This document shows positions 26,794 to 37,359 of a DNA stretch of 64,000 nucleotides, in pieces. The position numbers and the translations under genes were made by a program. Under the pieces are notes generated by a model, which was not told the origin of the DNA, searched no databases, and worked only from the letters and a program-made list of their open reading frames with translations. Source of the stretch: a virus; IMG/VR virus record IMGVR_UViG_3300045988_150084. One strand, 5' to 3'. The stretch's first letter is position 1. Every line of letters begins with the position of its first letter.

Positions 26794-27031
26794 ATCTGAG
26801 CAGAGTTACGATAAGAGCACCGCCACCAGAAATAATAGCCCAGAAAGCCGTGTTCTTATTCTTCTCAAGCTCACCAACCCTCCTTTCAAGGTCGCTCATC
26901 TCAGAACGATAGACTTCCTTCGATGGGTACAGACTAGGTAAATCAGACTTTAAGTCATTGAGACTAGCAAGAATCTCCGAAGACTGTTCCTCTAACCTTT
27001 TCAGCCTGTACTCAAGCGTTTCTTGTTCCAA
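26777..27031 (-). CDS. Coiled-coil protein with a C-terminal TM anchor (84 aa), lysis-associated
   Basis: A heptad-rich N-terminus and a C-terminal AFWAIISGGGALIVTLLRFVIGF segment. Confidence 0.4.
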   Translation of the reverse strand: MEQETLEYRLKRLEEQSSEILASLNDLKSDLPSLYPSKEVYRSEMSDLERRVGELEKNKNTAFWAIISGGGALIVTLLRFVIGF

Positions 27032-27035
27032 TCAA

Positions 27036-29378
27036 TCACCCTCTTATCATCAAAGATACCTGACCGTCTATATATGTTCCACTTTCGTTTTTGAGGTACA
27101 CAGTACACCCATAGCGCGTTATATTCTTTATTTCAATCGTGCCACCTGTATACGATGGGAAAATGCTAGGAGTTTTGAAGTAGAGATTATCGAAAGCAAC
27201 ATCTGTGCCGCTTGCCGTGACATCAATGACCTGTGTCTCTTCTTGGATTGGTGCAACAATCTTTAATTCTGCCGCATTACAATAGCCATTAATGAGAATA
27301 CGGAACTGGATGTATCTACAATCTATCTTCTTCGCCGTGTAATCTTCCCACTCTCCGTAGGAATCAGAGCCATAACGCATCTGGGCGCGACAAGTGCCTT
27401 GCAAATCGAGGTAGGGAATTATCGTATACACATCATCAAGGTCAATTCCATCACACTCACACACCGCATAGGAGGACGTAGGAATCGAGGAAAGCTCTCT
27501 TTCTGTGGAGAAGTTCTTACGTTGCCATGTAAAGTGGTCGTTGTTGGTAGTTCTGAGAGAGTCAAACTCTTTAATAGAGGGTATTGCCAGTCTGCGAATC
27601 GAAGAGAACTCATAAGAAAATCCTCTGCTCGTCTTTCTGAGGGCATCGTTGTCTGCATACTCATAAGAAACCATCCTACGAATTGCAACATAGTCATCCG
27701 AAACATTGAGCCTGTCAGTATAGAGCGCTCTCGATAAGTCAGAATCACTAGATACACCGACTGTTGAACGCACACAGGTGTCATAATCATCCTTGACATT
27801 GACTCGGGGGTTGAAATCCTTAGTGAACGACCAATAGAGGGACATATTGTTTTTGTTGCCGCTCTCATCGTAGACAGTCCAAGGAATCGACGTTCTATCT
27901 TTTGTATCTGAGTTAAACTTATCAAACCTAGCCAGCGAATCGGAAGGAATCTTGTTAAGTTCATCGTCCGTCAGGGAACGCTTAAATACTTGCAGTCCGT
28001 AAAGATTGAACTGTGTATGGCTATTTCCGTCATAGAACGCACCAAGGTAGGTAGTGGAATCACACACGCCACGGCTTTGAGGTAACTCTACTGGCAGCTT
28101 CTTTCCGTCGCAGAATAGCTCCAGCCTTGTTCCTGTCGCCCTCAGAATGATTCTATGCTTTTTACCATCGTTGACGCGGACACCAGTATTGTATACATAA
28201 TCGCCGCCGTTTAACCGCTGTGTGTATTTATAGGCAACCCTCCGATTAGCGTCATAGTCAATAGAGACAGGAATTGCCTTTCGGATAGTTCTGTCCGTAT
28301 CGAGAAAACAGGAAACAGACAACACTTTATGTATCTTCGTGTCATATTCTGCTGTCCTTCCTGTGTATTTCACAAAACGACTAGCATCAAAAGAATCAGA
28401 TACGAAAGTGAGTGTTTTTGTTTTTCCGATAAGGTTGATGTTTGAAAAATCTCTATTTGCTCCACCTGTGGTATTTTTAGAGAGGATGCGATAATAGGAA
28501 CTTCCCCCTGTTTTTAGAGGTACGACAGTTGGAGTATTACCGCTGCACTTGAACGAAGCAATATCAGTATATGTCACGCCATCCGAAGAGCTTTGAATAA
28601 CGGCATCGCTAGGAGGGTCGGAATCATTACTCAAGAAAATAGCAGTTGTAAGTGAAACAGGTTCTTTGATGAAAATATCTAAATATTGACCATTGTTTAT
28701 CCTGTTCATATACGAGCTGTAACTTGAATCGAAAGCACAGTATGGGTCACTTACACCACTAGAACCTCTTACCGCAAAATTATCAACACCCCAGTTACCA
28801 TTGGAGGACAGAGCAGGGTTATACCAAATGCCGTTTTCGTCTATTTTCTCGTCTGAAATGGTGAAATTAGAGAGTGCGTTAGCTCTTTGCGAATAATTAT
28901 CACCGCCGCCTGTACACGAAAAGGCAATAGTCGTTACTTTTAGCCCCTTGAGCCAAGAATAGGTAACTTTATTGATATAGACACCATTTAGCCAAAGTTC
29001 CGCTGTTCCGTCTATCGTGCTGAAATGGATATACACATGATTGATACCTGGATGCCCATTGATACCAGAATCACCGAAAGTGAAGTAATTATTATCACTA
29101 CCACCAACAAGTGCAGTTGTAGGTCTGTCGATAGAATTTTCATTCAAAGAAACAACATGCCAAAACCACGAATCACACCCACGATGAGTTCCGTATGTGT
29201 AAAAGTCGTAGCTAATCCAATACTCACTACATGATGGAACGTTCTTGGTGATTTTATTGGCAAAACCGACGTTTAAGGCCGTGCCAGTAATAGTTTTGTA
29301 CGAGTCTGTAATTACAACATAGCTATTGTGGACATCAAAGAAGTCTGCTTCTCCTTTTGATTTATAGAGAAAACTCAT
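27036..29378 (-). CDS. Putative receptor-binding tail fibre/spike protein (780 aa)
   Basis: A large protein rich in Ser/Thr/Asn/Gly and Asn-Gly-rich, beta-rich, sitting last in the tail module before the lysis genes. Confidence 0.5.
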   Translation of the reverse strand: MSFLYKSKGEADFFDVHNSYVVITDSYKTITGTALNVGFANKITKNVPSCSEYWISYDFYTYGTHRGCDSWFWHVVSLNENSIDRPTTALVGGSDNNYFTFGDSGINGHPGINHVYIHFSTIDGTAELWLNGVYINKVTYSWLKGLKVTTIAFSCTGGGDNYSQRANALSNFTISDEKIDENGIWYNPALSSNGNWGVDNFAVRGSSGVSDPYCAFDSSYSSYMNRINNGQYLDIFIKEPVSLTTAIFLSNDSDPPSDAVIQSSSDGVTYTDIASFKCSGNTPTVVPLKTGGSSYYRILSKNTTGGANRDFSNINLIGKTKTLTFVSDSFDASRFVKYTGRTAEYDTKIHKVLSVSCFLDTDRTIRKAIPVSIDYDANRRVAYKYTQRLNGGDYVYNTGVRVNDGKKHRIILRATGTRLELFCDGKKLPVELPQSRGVCDSTTYLGAFYDGNSHTQFNLYGLQVFKRSLTDDELNKIPSDSLARFDKFNSDTKDRTSIPWTVYDESGNKNNMSLYWSFTKDFNPRVNVKDDYDTCVRSTVGVSSDSDLSRALYTDRLNVSDDYVAIRRMVSYEYADNDALRKTSRGFSYEFSSIRRLAIPSIKEFDSLRTTNNDHFTWQRKNFSTERELSSIPTSSYAVCECDGIDLDDVYTIIPYLDLQGTCRAQMRYGSDSYGEWEDYTAKKIDCRYIQFRILINGYCNAAELKIVAPIQEETQVIDVTASGTDVAFDNLYFKTPSIFPSYTGGTIEIKNITRYGCTVYLKNESGTYIDGQVSLMIRG

Positions 29379-29917
29379 TTAAGCACCACCTCTCCACTTC
29401 CACCAAGACCGCTATACAGGTACAACATACCATTGTCTATGCCAATATTAAATTCACCACTCACAGTGCCGTTCTTAGTCACGTTTAGGAATGTTTCCCT
29501 TCTCGAATAGTCCTTGCTCTTCGTATCTTGCGAATCGGAGGAATCTATATCCATGACAACAGTAAACTCAGTAGCGTCTTTCAGAATATTTCCCATCGTT
29601 GCATAGGACACTTTTCCGTCGAATTGTACCTTTGTCTCATAGTCAATATCATGGATTTCTCGAACAGCATCATAGTTTGTAGATACAGAAATCTTCCTAC
29701 GAACGACCTTTACGCCAACGTCAAAAAACTTGAACGTTACTTCATCAACAATTTTTTCTTTTGGTACGACAAAAACTTGAATGTCCTTTGCGACGAGTTT
29801 ATAGTGAGGAAAATAGTAAGCGACAACTTTTCTAGGAGTAACCTTTACGCGTTCAGAATTGATGATGGCTACGAGCTTTACATCGCTTACAGTTACCCTA
29901 TCGTCCATGTCACTCAC
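29375..29917 (-). CDS. Tail/baseplate protein (180 aa)
   Basis: Synteny within the tail module. Confidence 0.4.
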   Translation of the reverse strand: MSDMDDRVTVSDVKLVAIINSERVKVTPRKVVAYYFPHYKLVAKDIQVFVVPKEKIVDEVTFKFFDVGVKVVRRKISVSTNYDAVREIHDIDYETKVQFDGKVSYATMGNILKDATEFTVVMDIDSSDSQDTKSKDYSRRETFLNVTKNGTVSGEFNIGIDNGMLYLYSGLGGSGEVVLK

Positions 29918-30717
29918 CCCTTAATTACAATTTTTATGTTCTGCATATCGGACGGACTATCAAATTTCAGCGGAATATAGCAAGTGGAAGTGCCAACTGG
30001 AATCTCGTATGTACCGACCTTATCGCCAACGGAAAATTGCAGAGTTTTGAGTTTAGACCCCTTCTTTTCAAGCTGACAGCAGAGATAACAGGACATAATA
30101 TCAGATGTCTGTTTCAGATTTGCCAACTGCTCATTATCAAGCTGAATTACGCCCTCTTTATCTATATCCGTGAGAAGATAATTTCCGTCCGTTCCTTTCT
30201 CCCAATTCGTGATGTCATTGATAGTGAGGTGTGTGTATTCGGCATAAACTGGAATCTCCGTGTCAGAAATAAAAATATCCTTAACCAACGCTCCACCCGA
30301 ATAGTCATTTCCGAATGTGACAGACATAGGCAAAGACTTTACACTCGTGTCAACTGTGCTATATTTAGCCCCAGCGATTGTTACCTCTACTAAAAGGCCA
30401 TCATCTTGAACATGAAAGTGACAGAAAACCCTTACTCCTGTACCAAGGTCAGCATGTTTGTCAGTGAATAAAGAACTAAAGGTTGTCGCGTTGACACGAA
30501 GTTCTTTATTTTTGAGCGTGAACGAAAACCATGGGTCAGCGTATGTGTAATCTTTGGAATAGAAGAAAGAGTAATAAGCGTCCTTTGTCTCGATTGGTGT
30601 AGGAATAGAAAAATAACAACCCTTGTCAATGCGAATATATTCTCCTGACTGACTAACACCTTTAGAAGAGTTAGGGAGTAAGGTAACATCACCCTTGTTG
30701 TAATAGGAAAAACTCAT
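29914..30717 (-). CDS. Tail/baseplate protein (267 aa)
   Basis: Synteny within the tail module. Confidence 0.4.
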   Translation of the reverse strand: MSFSYYNKGDVTLLPNSSKGVSQSGEYIRIDKGCYFSIPTPIETKDAYYSFFYSKDYTYADPWFSFTLKNKELRVNATTFSSLFTDKHADLGTGVRVFCHFHVQDDGLLVEVTIAGAKYSTVDTSVKSLPMSVTFGNDYSGGALVKDIFISDTEIPVYAEYTHLTINDITNWEKGTDGNYLLTDIDKEGVIQLDNEQLANLKQTSDIMSCYLCCQLEKKGSKLKTLQFSVGDKVGTYEIPVGTSTCYIPLKFDSPSDMQNIKIVIKG

Positions 30718-31712
30718 TCTGAAATCCTCCTTGTTGTAAGAGTAAGTGTATCAATACCATCAACGAAATCCCATGCCGTGCCGATAGAGTGGTCACCGTA
30801 GTCAACCTTTTGCTGGGAAGTATTCGTACCATAAGCTACATCGAGCGCGTTGATATTCTCTCCAGTTCTTGAGGTAGTACCACAGAAACCAAATTTACGA
30901 ACATCAACTAGCGTTTTAGCTTTTGCGAGGGAATCAGCATTGACTTTTAGTGTAGCCGTAGCGTTTGTGAACTGCGTCGTATACTTATCGCCGACCTTTG
31001 CCCATCCATCTCCTGTAATGCTCTCTACATCAACCTCTTGTACCGTATCGGAGAAGGTGATAGGGTCTTCTGAAACAATCAGGTTGCGGAGATAAACACC
31101 TTGAAAAGCAATCTTGAATGGAACAGCCCTAGCTCTTACAATACTGCTCTGAATAGAGGAGATATGTTTGCATTGACCGCCTACCTTGTTATGGTAGTAT
31201 ACCTTGAGAACATTCCCCCCTTCGATATATGACTTTAAGACATCAACGTTCGCATAGGAAGAACCGTATGAATCGTATTTATCACCCCAACTTCCCATTG
31301 GAGGTATATCAGGCAGCCAATTTCCATCACCATGATGTTCGTAGAGCCAGTCCCAATGATAGTCGTTCCAATTATACCTGATTCTTGCCACATGATTTAC
31401 AGAATAGTCTGTGACACTATCACTTGCCGATGTATAGTACCTTACATAAGAAGAAAGCGTATCTCCGTTCGGCATTTCTGCTTTATACATCTTTGTGAAA
31501 TCCTTGGGAATAGGAATAACCTCTGCCGAATAGTAGAAATCCGACAGGGACTTAGGGTTAATCATAAATCCTGCTTCAATGTTATACGGAATACGAATCC
31601 ATTTCTTATCGAGATAGGTGATTTCCTCAAGTGCCGTAGAACCGTTACCCTTATCGTTGACATAGTTCAGAAGGTCTGCATTGTGCGTATTTGCGTAGAA
31701 GAACTTACCCAA
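30714..31712 (-). CDS. Tail/baseplate protein (332 aa)
   Basis: Synteny within the tail module. Confidence 0.4.
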   Translation of the reverse strand: MGKFFYANTHNADLLNYVNDKGNGSTALEEITYLDKKWIRIPYNIEAGFMINPKSLSDFYYSAEVIPIPKDFTKMYKAEMPNGDTLSSYVRYYTSASDSVTDYSVNHVARIRYNWNDYHWDWLYEHHGDGNWLPDIPPMGSWGDKYDSYGSSYANVDVLKSYIEGGNVLKVYYHNKVGGQCKHISSIQSSIVRARAVPFKIAFQGVYLRNLIVSEDPITFSDTVQEVDVESITGDGWAKVGDKYTTQFTNATATLKVNADSLAKAKTLVDVRKFGFCGTTSRTGENINALDVAYGTNTSQQKVDYGDHSIGTAWDFVDGIDTLTLTTRRISE

Positions 31713-31725
31713 AAGGAATCCCCCT

Positions 31726-32181
31726 TTATGCCTGTTCGATTACTGCTTCAATATGGATAGATTCATCCGTGTCGTTTGCTGGAATTTCTGCCTTGCTAGA
31801 AGCCGCCTTGACCCAGATAAGCGTATTTTTATCCGTGATTACGTCGCTGATTGTGAGCTTGTTAGACCACGCTGCGTTTGTAAGCGCATTTGCCGCTGAG
31901 TCATAGTCACCAACAGCAAAAAACCACTTAGCTGTATCACCCGTATTAGGCTCATACTTCTTTGTCTCAGAGTTGTAGTGGTAAGCCGTGATAACCGTAT
32001 CTCCGTAAGTCTTATAGCCACTATCGCACCGAATCGCAATCTGTTGGCAGGAGGACTCCTCTTTAGCCGCGTTCAGCGTGAAGGACAAGGGATTTGTCTG
32101 TGTACCGTTCTGGGAAAGCTCTGTTCCGTCAGTTGCATCCTTTGTTACCGTACCATTGTAAAGTTTAATCAGGTCGCTCAT
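31726..32181 (-). CDS. Tail protein (151 aa)
   Basis: Synteny within the tail module. Confidence 0.4.
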   Translation of the reverse strand: MSDLIKLYNGTVTKDATDGTELSQNGTQTNPLSFTLNAAKEESSCQQIAIRCDSGYKTYGDTVITAYHYNSETKKYEPNTGDTAKWFFAVGDYDSAANALTNAAWSNKLTISDVITDKNTLIWVKAASSKAEIPANDTDESIHIEAVIEQA

Positions 32182-35162
32182 TATTTATCAATCTCCTTTT
32201 TCACAAGAGTTTTTACTCCGTCTTCAATAAGAAATTCTGAATTATTATCAAGAGTTACCGAATCGAGAAGATTTATACTTCGTATCTCAGTCCCTTTTCC
32301 TTCGCTTGCGTCTGTGTCTACTGTAAATTTATATGGAGAAGCGAAACAATAGTCATTACCAGAACGAATACTAAGAGAAAGGCTCTGCTTGGTTGCCTTA
32401 AACGTAATCTTCGTCTCGTATGTCACAGCATGATAGTCACCGCTTATCTCATAGAACGTCGCGCCGATTGCTTCATCCCAAGAAAGGGTAACGTATTCTC
32501 CAGACATACTCTGCCGTACAAAGGCAACAGGGTTAGGCATTAACGACATCGTGAACGTCTTTGTAGTGCTTGCCGAATTGCCAGCTTGGTCATAAGCCGT
32601 GATAACGACCGTATTAATACCATCTACGCCAATACCTGTGTATCGAGTGTTGGTTGTGTGTTCGAGCTTGTCGCGGTATTTGACCGTGTATTCCTTGAAG
32701 TCTCCCTCCGTATTCTTATCCCATGTAAGACTGAACTTTGCGCCATCTTTTGTGAGAATGACGTTCTGTGGTGTGGCTGGAGGACTGTCCGTGAGGTGAA
32801 GAGTAACCGTACCTGTCTCAATCGCTTTAGAGTACAGACCGCTCTCATTTCTGACGATAACGCGGAACGCTACATTTGCATCCTGTTTTTCTTCGGCCTC
32901 ATAGGAACAAACATTTGTATCTGTGAGAAGCTCCCATTCCCCATCTGGATATTTACGATAGAGAGAATAATACACCCCGATTTGTGTAGGAGAAGCTCCC
33001 CACGTTACTTTTGCTTTTAGCTTTGTGATAGGCGTATCGAGAATATCATCAAGAACCGTAACTCTGATACCGTCAGCTGGCAATGGCGTGCCAAGAACAG
33101 GCTTATTAAGAGAATAGTTAGGCATTGTGATTGTCGCACCGAGCGTATCGTTGTAGATAGTCGGATTGTACTGTCTTCCCTTAATGGTATATTCGCCGTC
33201 TTCTGTCTCTTGAATCTCCGTAATTCTAAAGGGCATTTCTACGAAAATATCCTTATAGGTAATGGAAACAACATCGGACGGTTCGAGGTGTGCAGCTTGA
33301 TAGCCAGTCTTGAACTCTACTTGAAGAGTACACGTTCTGTTGTAGTCTCGATAGAAACGACCAAGACGAAGAGCTTGAGCCTGAGAAGTAACGCCCTCCA
33401 GTTCAACCTCTTTTGTAATAATCTTGTGCCGTTGTCGTTGGTCACCATAATCATCAACAATAGCGGTTGCCGTTTGCCAGTTATTGAGAGGGTCGATAAA
33501 CTTGATTTGATATTGGTTCGGACACTCATCGAGGGAAATCTGTGAGATAGAGAAATCCTTGATAGAACTGTCCGTGAACTTGTAGGATATATCAGTCTGT
33601 CTCTCGATTCGCAGATGAAGTTTATTCTTAGACAGGACAAGATAGCCGCAGAAAGAAGCCATGATATTTTGAATCCAGTCCCACATAGATTGCTGATTGT
33701 CCATGACAAGGTTCAATTCATATCTCTTGCCTGTAAGAACTGTTCCGTCAGCCATCTTGTAGGAGACTTCCGCGTCGCACCAGTCAGCCGCTTCTTTGAA
33801 ACTATCCTCGTCGATATTTTCCTCTGTCAGCCAAAGACCGCCGCCGTATGTCTTGTTGAGAAGCAAGTCCCTGAGACACATAGCAGGATTTGTTGAATAT
33901 ACCCATTGATTAGTTCGCGTATCATATACCTTGCGTCCTTTTACAAGTGCTTCGATAGACGGATTTCCGTTTAGCTCACTACATACAGAAAAAGTAAGGT
34001 CTAGCCATGCCATATTAGGATAGCCGCCGACCGTTTCATAGTTCTCAGGTGTGTCTCCGTCGTGATACGTCATTTTAGTCTGTCCTGCAATCGTAGAAGC
34101 AACGGCTGGAACAGGCTTGCGGTAGCACGGAGAGGGCTTGCTGTTCACTACATATCGGTCAAATGTACAATACCATGCCTTACGTTTTCGCATGTGATGC
34201 CAATGAGATTCGCTGTGTCTAGTGTTAGGGACAGAGAGGAGAACCATACCGTCTCTATAAGCCCTAATGTCCCAATCATCGCCGCCATCCTTGCGTAGTT
34301 CCGCGCGTCCCTTGAAGGTTAAGTCACCAATGAGGATGTCTCCTGCACTTCGAGAGGTATTAGCAACAGGGAACGCCTCCCATCCGTCCTGCAATCTATT
34401 GATATACGAGATGAGGGAAGACACTTCCATCTGCCAAGACCAATAACTTGCGTCCGAGCTTTGTGTATCGTCCTGATTTTTTAAGTCTAACTTTTTGAGG
34501 TTTCCGTTCCAGTACAGTTGAAGCTGTTTTCCGTCCATCTGTACCCATGCGTCCTCGAATCGTCTGTTCTGCACATAGAAGATAGTCCTGCTCTGAATAT
34601 CATCTTTACTCGATGAGTCGGGGATGTTGTAAGAAGCAGCCGTGACGTTTTCGACACCTTCAATACCACCCTCGCAGAGAACAACATGCTTATGAAGTGT
34701 ATTTGCATCTGCGTCTGTTTCGTGAAGCGTCTGATTGCCAGTTACTTTTCTTCTACCATAGACAACTGGGATAACACCGCCGAGAGACTGAGTTTCCTGT
34801 TCGCGGTCAAACCTCATTACACTTACGTTGCTATTCGATTGTCCTTGCTGACCACCAAAAGCCGTCCAAATCGAGGAGAAAAGAGAAGCCCCCATGATAC
34901 CAGCCGCAAGGGAAACGCCGTGAGCCGCTTGTAAGCCAAACATAGCAGGATTGCAGAAGCCAACCGCAAAACCAACGACGGATAAAGCAACCTTACCAGC
35001 GTCCTTACCTCCACCGCCTTTACCGAATCGTTGAAGGTCAAACTTGAACGCTTTAGAGGAAAATTTCAGAAATTCGTCACCGTAAACCTCATCGCTCAAG
35101 GCATTGCGGGACGTGATAAATCTATCCTTCATTGTTCCCTCCTTAGTGATAATTAGCTTCAA
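32181..35162 (-). CDS. Central tail fibre/host specificity protein (J-like, 993 aa)
   Basis: A large protein downstream of the tape measure and NlpC/P60 genes, with C-terminal Ig/FN3-like beta repeats. Called by analogy to lambda gpJ. Confidence 0.5.
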   Translation of the reverse strand: MKLIITKEGTMKDRFITSRNALSDEVYGDEFLKFSSKAFKFDLQRFGKGGGGKDAGKVALSVVGFAVGFCNPAMFGLQAAHGVSLAAGIMGASLFSSIWTAFGGQQGQSNSNVSVMRFDREQETQSLGGVIPVVYGRRKVTGNQTLHETDADANTLHKHVVLCEGGIEGVENVTAASYNIPDSSSKDDIQSRTIFYVQNRRFEDAWVQMDGKQLQLYWNGNLKKLDLKNQDDTQSSDASYWSWQMEVSSLISYINRLQDGWEAFPVANTSRSAGDILIGDLTFKGRAELRKDGGDDWDIRAYRDGMVLLSVPNTRHSESHWHHMRKRKAWYCTFDRYVVNSKPSPCYRKPVPAVASTIAGQTKMTYHDGDTPENYETVGGYPNMAWLDLTFSVCSELNGNPSIEALVKGRKVYDTRTNQWVYSTNPAMCLRDLLLNKTYGGGLWLTEENIDEDSFKEAADWCDAEVSYKMADGTVLTGKRYELNLVMDNQQSMWDWIQNIMASFCGYLVLSKNKLHLRIERQTDISYKFTDSSIKDFSISQISLDECPNQYQIKFIDPLNNWQTATAIVDDYGDQRQRHKIITKEVELEGVTSQAQALRLGRFYRDYNRTCTLQVEFKTGYQAAHLEPSDVVSITYKDIFVEMPFRITEIQETEDGEYTIKGRQYNPTIYNDTLGATITMPNYSLNKPVLGTPLPADGIRVTVLDDILDTPITKLKAKVTWGASPTQIGVYYSLYRKYPDGEWELLTDTNVCSYEAEEKQDANVAFRVIVRNESGLYSKAIETGTVTLHLTDSPPATPQNVILTKDGAKFSLTWDKNTEGDFKEYTVKYRDKLEHTTNTRYTGIGVDGINTVVITAYDQAGNSASTTKTFTMSLMPNPVAFVRQSMSGEYVTLSWDEAIGATFYEISGDYHAVTYETKITFKATKQSLSLSIRSGNDYCFASPYKFTVDTDASEGKGTEIRSINLLDSVTLDNNSEFLIEDGVKTLVKKEIDK

Positions 35163-35946
35163 ACGGAATTGCTGGGAAACCGCTGAAATGTTTTAGATTA
35201 TTGAACTTCTTACAACACTCTTTTGTCTTATCGCAACCACGTTCGAGAATCACATACTGACCAACCAAATCACTTTGTAGAAAGTTGATACCAAGCGTGA
35301 TATTGTTTCCGTCATTGCTGATAATATTCCTCGATTCGCCACGGATAATAGCCATTCCAAAGGAAAAGAAATCCTTATCGAAAGAGCTTTCAACAGTCAG
35401 AACATTTCCATCCGTACTCACATTGGTGATTTTTACGTTGTACTGCTTTTGTTCAAGAGCACAATTCGCATCGCCAAAGTTACTATTGCATTGTGTCTGG
35501 TAAAGCCTTTGCGGAGTATTAACCGTGGGGAAAATGGAACGTAGCGTACATGAAAAAACACCCTCTGAATAAGAAGGTGAATCAAGGTAGCCGATAAAGA
35601 TAGGGAGACAAGAACCATCTTTCAGACTGTCAGGGTATTGTATTTTCCAGATACCAACCTCACATCCGCGAAAGTCAAAACCATTCAACACATAAGACAG
35701 CTTAGTTCCGTCAACATCGCCAAGATGTACCTGTGTCTCATCGAAAAGATTATCAGCACTCCTCGTAATATCGTCTCTCGAAAAGGGAATGTGTACAAAG
35801 GTTTGACCATTGAAAACAATATCCTCATCACATGCAGCAATATAGGAAAGTCCTGTTCTGAGCTTTAGGACATACAGTTCAATAAAGAACGGAGCGTTTG
35901 AGTCTTTTGCTTTCTCCATTTCAACAGGGATATAAGACAAAATCAA
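35143..35946 (-). CDS. Tail assembly/tip protein (267 aa)
   Basis: Synteny within the tail module. Confidence 0.4.
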   Translation of the reverse strand: MILSYIPVEMEKAKDSNAPFFIELYVLKLRTGLSYIAACDEDIVFNGQTFVHIPFSRDDITRSADNLFDETQVHLGDVDGTKLSYVLNGFDFRGCEVGIWKIQYPDSLKDGSCLPIFIGYLDSPSYSEGVFSCTLRSIFPTVNTPQRLYQTQCNSNFGDANCALEQKQYNVKITNVSTDGNVLTVESSFDKDFFSFGMAIIRGESRNIISNDGNNITLGINFLQSDLVGQYVILERGCDKTKECCKKFNNLKHFSGFPAIPFEANYH

Positions 35947-36878
35947 TCACCGTCCTTTTTCATAGGAGCACCAACAACAACGAGGTGCATAGTGGAGGAA
36001 CTTGCTGTCTGAGGAATCATAGGAGCACCAAAAAGGTACGTCTTTCCCTTATCAACACCGAGTAATTCACTTTTTTCCTTACCGCTGAAATAGCAAACAG
36101 CTCTCTTGAAATAGAACTCATTGCTCTCTCCGAAAAGGTAAGAATACGGCTTCAACACGACATGGTTTGCTGCCCCATTGTCCGAAGTAAGAGTCATTTG
36201 ACACTTATATCCAACAATGTTCTGCATTTCTCGAATATCTGTAATAGTAAGCTCACTAGGCATATACACATTATAGATATTTCCGTGGTTAATGAACTGG
36301 AGAGGAGAGAAATCACCGTAGCGGTTATACAGAGCCATCAGCCTATCTCGCTCTTTCTTTTTTCCATTCATATTGAAGGTGAAAGTGTGGATAGGATTGT
36401 TCCATGTTTTTTCTCTAGCGTCAGCAAGCGTTTCGAGGATATTTGTATTCCAATCGTCTGTATCTTCAATTTCTCCTCGAATCGGAAAATCAAACTCGGC
36501 AAATTCTGGAAGTTCTTGATATAAAACCTTACTTCTATCAATCTGCAACTTAATTTCAGCACTATAACCGACGATGTTCTGCATCTCACGAATCTGTTTG
36601 AATGTTATTTTTTCTGCAAAACAACACGTTTCTTTTGTTCCATTATAGTTGAAATAAAACTTATCGAGAAGTCCGTGATGTCTGTCATAGAAGTCGCGAA
36701 GATACCCGAGCATATTTTCCTTACCATACACAACAAAAGATAGCATTTTCTTTGCTCTTGCTCTCCTGCGATTATGGACAACCATACCGTTATAGAACTG
36801 AATTTCTTTGCTTTCCCATGAGTAAATATTTTGTACTTCCCCACGAGGGACAATATTTAATACTTCAATATCACTCAT
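35943..36878 (-). CDS. Minor tail protein (311 aa, internally duplicated REMQNIVGY segment)
   Basis: Synteny. The sequences IREMQNIVGYSAEIKLQ and IREMQNIVGYKCQMTL indicate a tandem domain duplication. Confidence 0.4.
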   Translation of the reverse strand: MSDIEVLNIVPRGEVQNIYSWESKEIQFYNGMVVHNRRRARAKKMLSFVVYGKENMLGYLRDFYDRHHGLLDKFYFNYNGTKETCCFAEKITFKQIREMQNIVGYSAEIKLQIDRSKVLYQELPEFAEFDFPIRGEIEDTDDWNTNILETLADAREKTWNNPIHTFTFNMNGKKKERDRLMALYNRYGDFSPLQFINHGNIYNVYMPSELTITDIREMQNIVGYKCQMTLTSDNGAANHVVLKPYSYLFGESNEFYFKRAVCYFSGKEKSELLGVDKGKTYLFGAPMIPQTASSSTMHLVVVGAPMKKDGD

Positions 36879-37276
36879 CGTTTATAACCTGCCTTGAATC
36901 CTTTTTGCCAGAAATCTCTATGGTAAATTGTGCTTGATGTTTCTCCTTCGATTGTGGGAACTTGCATAGCTAAAACCTTACCATATCCAAGATAGATACC
37001 AAGGTGGGAGTCACCGAGAACGTCAAAGAGAATAATATCTCCGAATTGCAGTTTCTCGTAATCATTCTCTCTTGTGAAATGGCCATTGAGATACCTTGCT
37101 AATCGGAAAGGCTCTCTCTTCTCCCAGTCCTTTGTAATAGGCCGTCCATCGTCAAATGTCTGCTCCCAGCCATGCTCTTTGTAAAACAAGGAACACAGAC
37201 CAAGGCAGTCACATCCGTCGAAGTCACGACCGTTGAATTTATGAAGAATACCAATGTATTTATCTATATTTTCCAT
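36875..37276 (-). CDS. NlpC/P60-family peptidase (tail-associated, lambda gpK-like position)
   Basis: A catalytic Cys (DCLGLCS), a His (GDSHLGIYLG) and a third polar residue downstream. The gene lies directly after the tape measure gene. Confidence 0.6.
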   Translation of the reverse strand: MENIDKYIGILHKFNGRDFDGCDCLGLCSLFYKEHGWEQTFDDGRPITKDWEKREPFRLARYLNGHFTRENDYEKLQFGDIILFDVLGDSHLGIYLGYGKVLAMQVPTIEGETSSTIYHRDFWQKGFKAGYKR

Positions 37277-37359
37277 GATACCTCCTTAACGCCTGAGCTT
37301 CTTGCGGCGTTTACTAGGCTTTTCACCTAGGCTTTCCCTTTATGGGAGCTTACGAAAGA

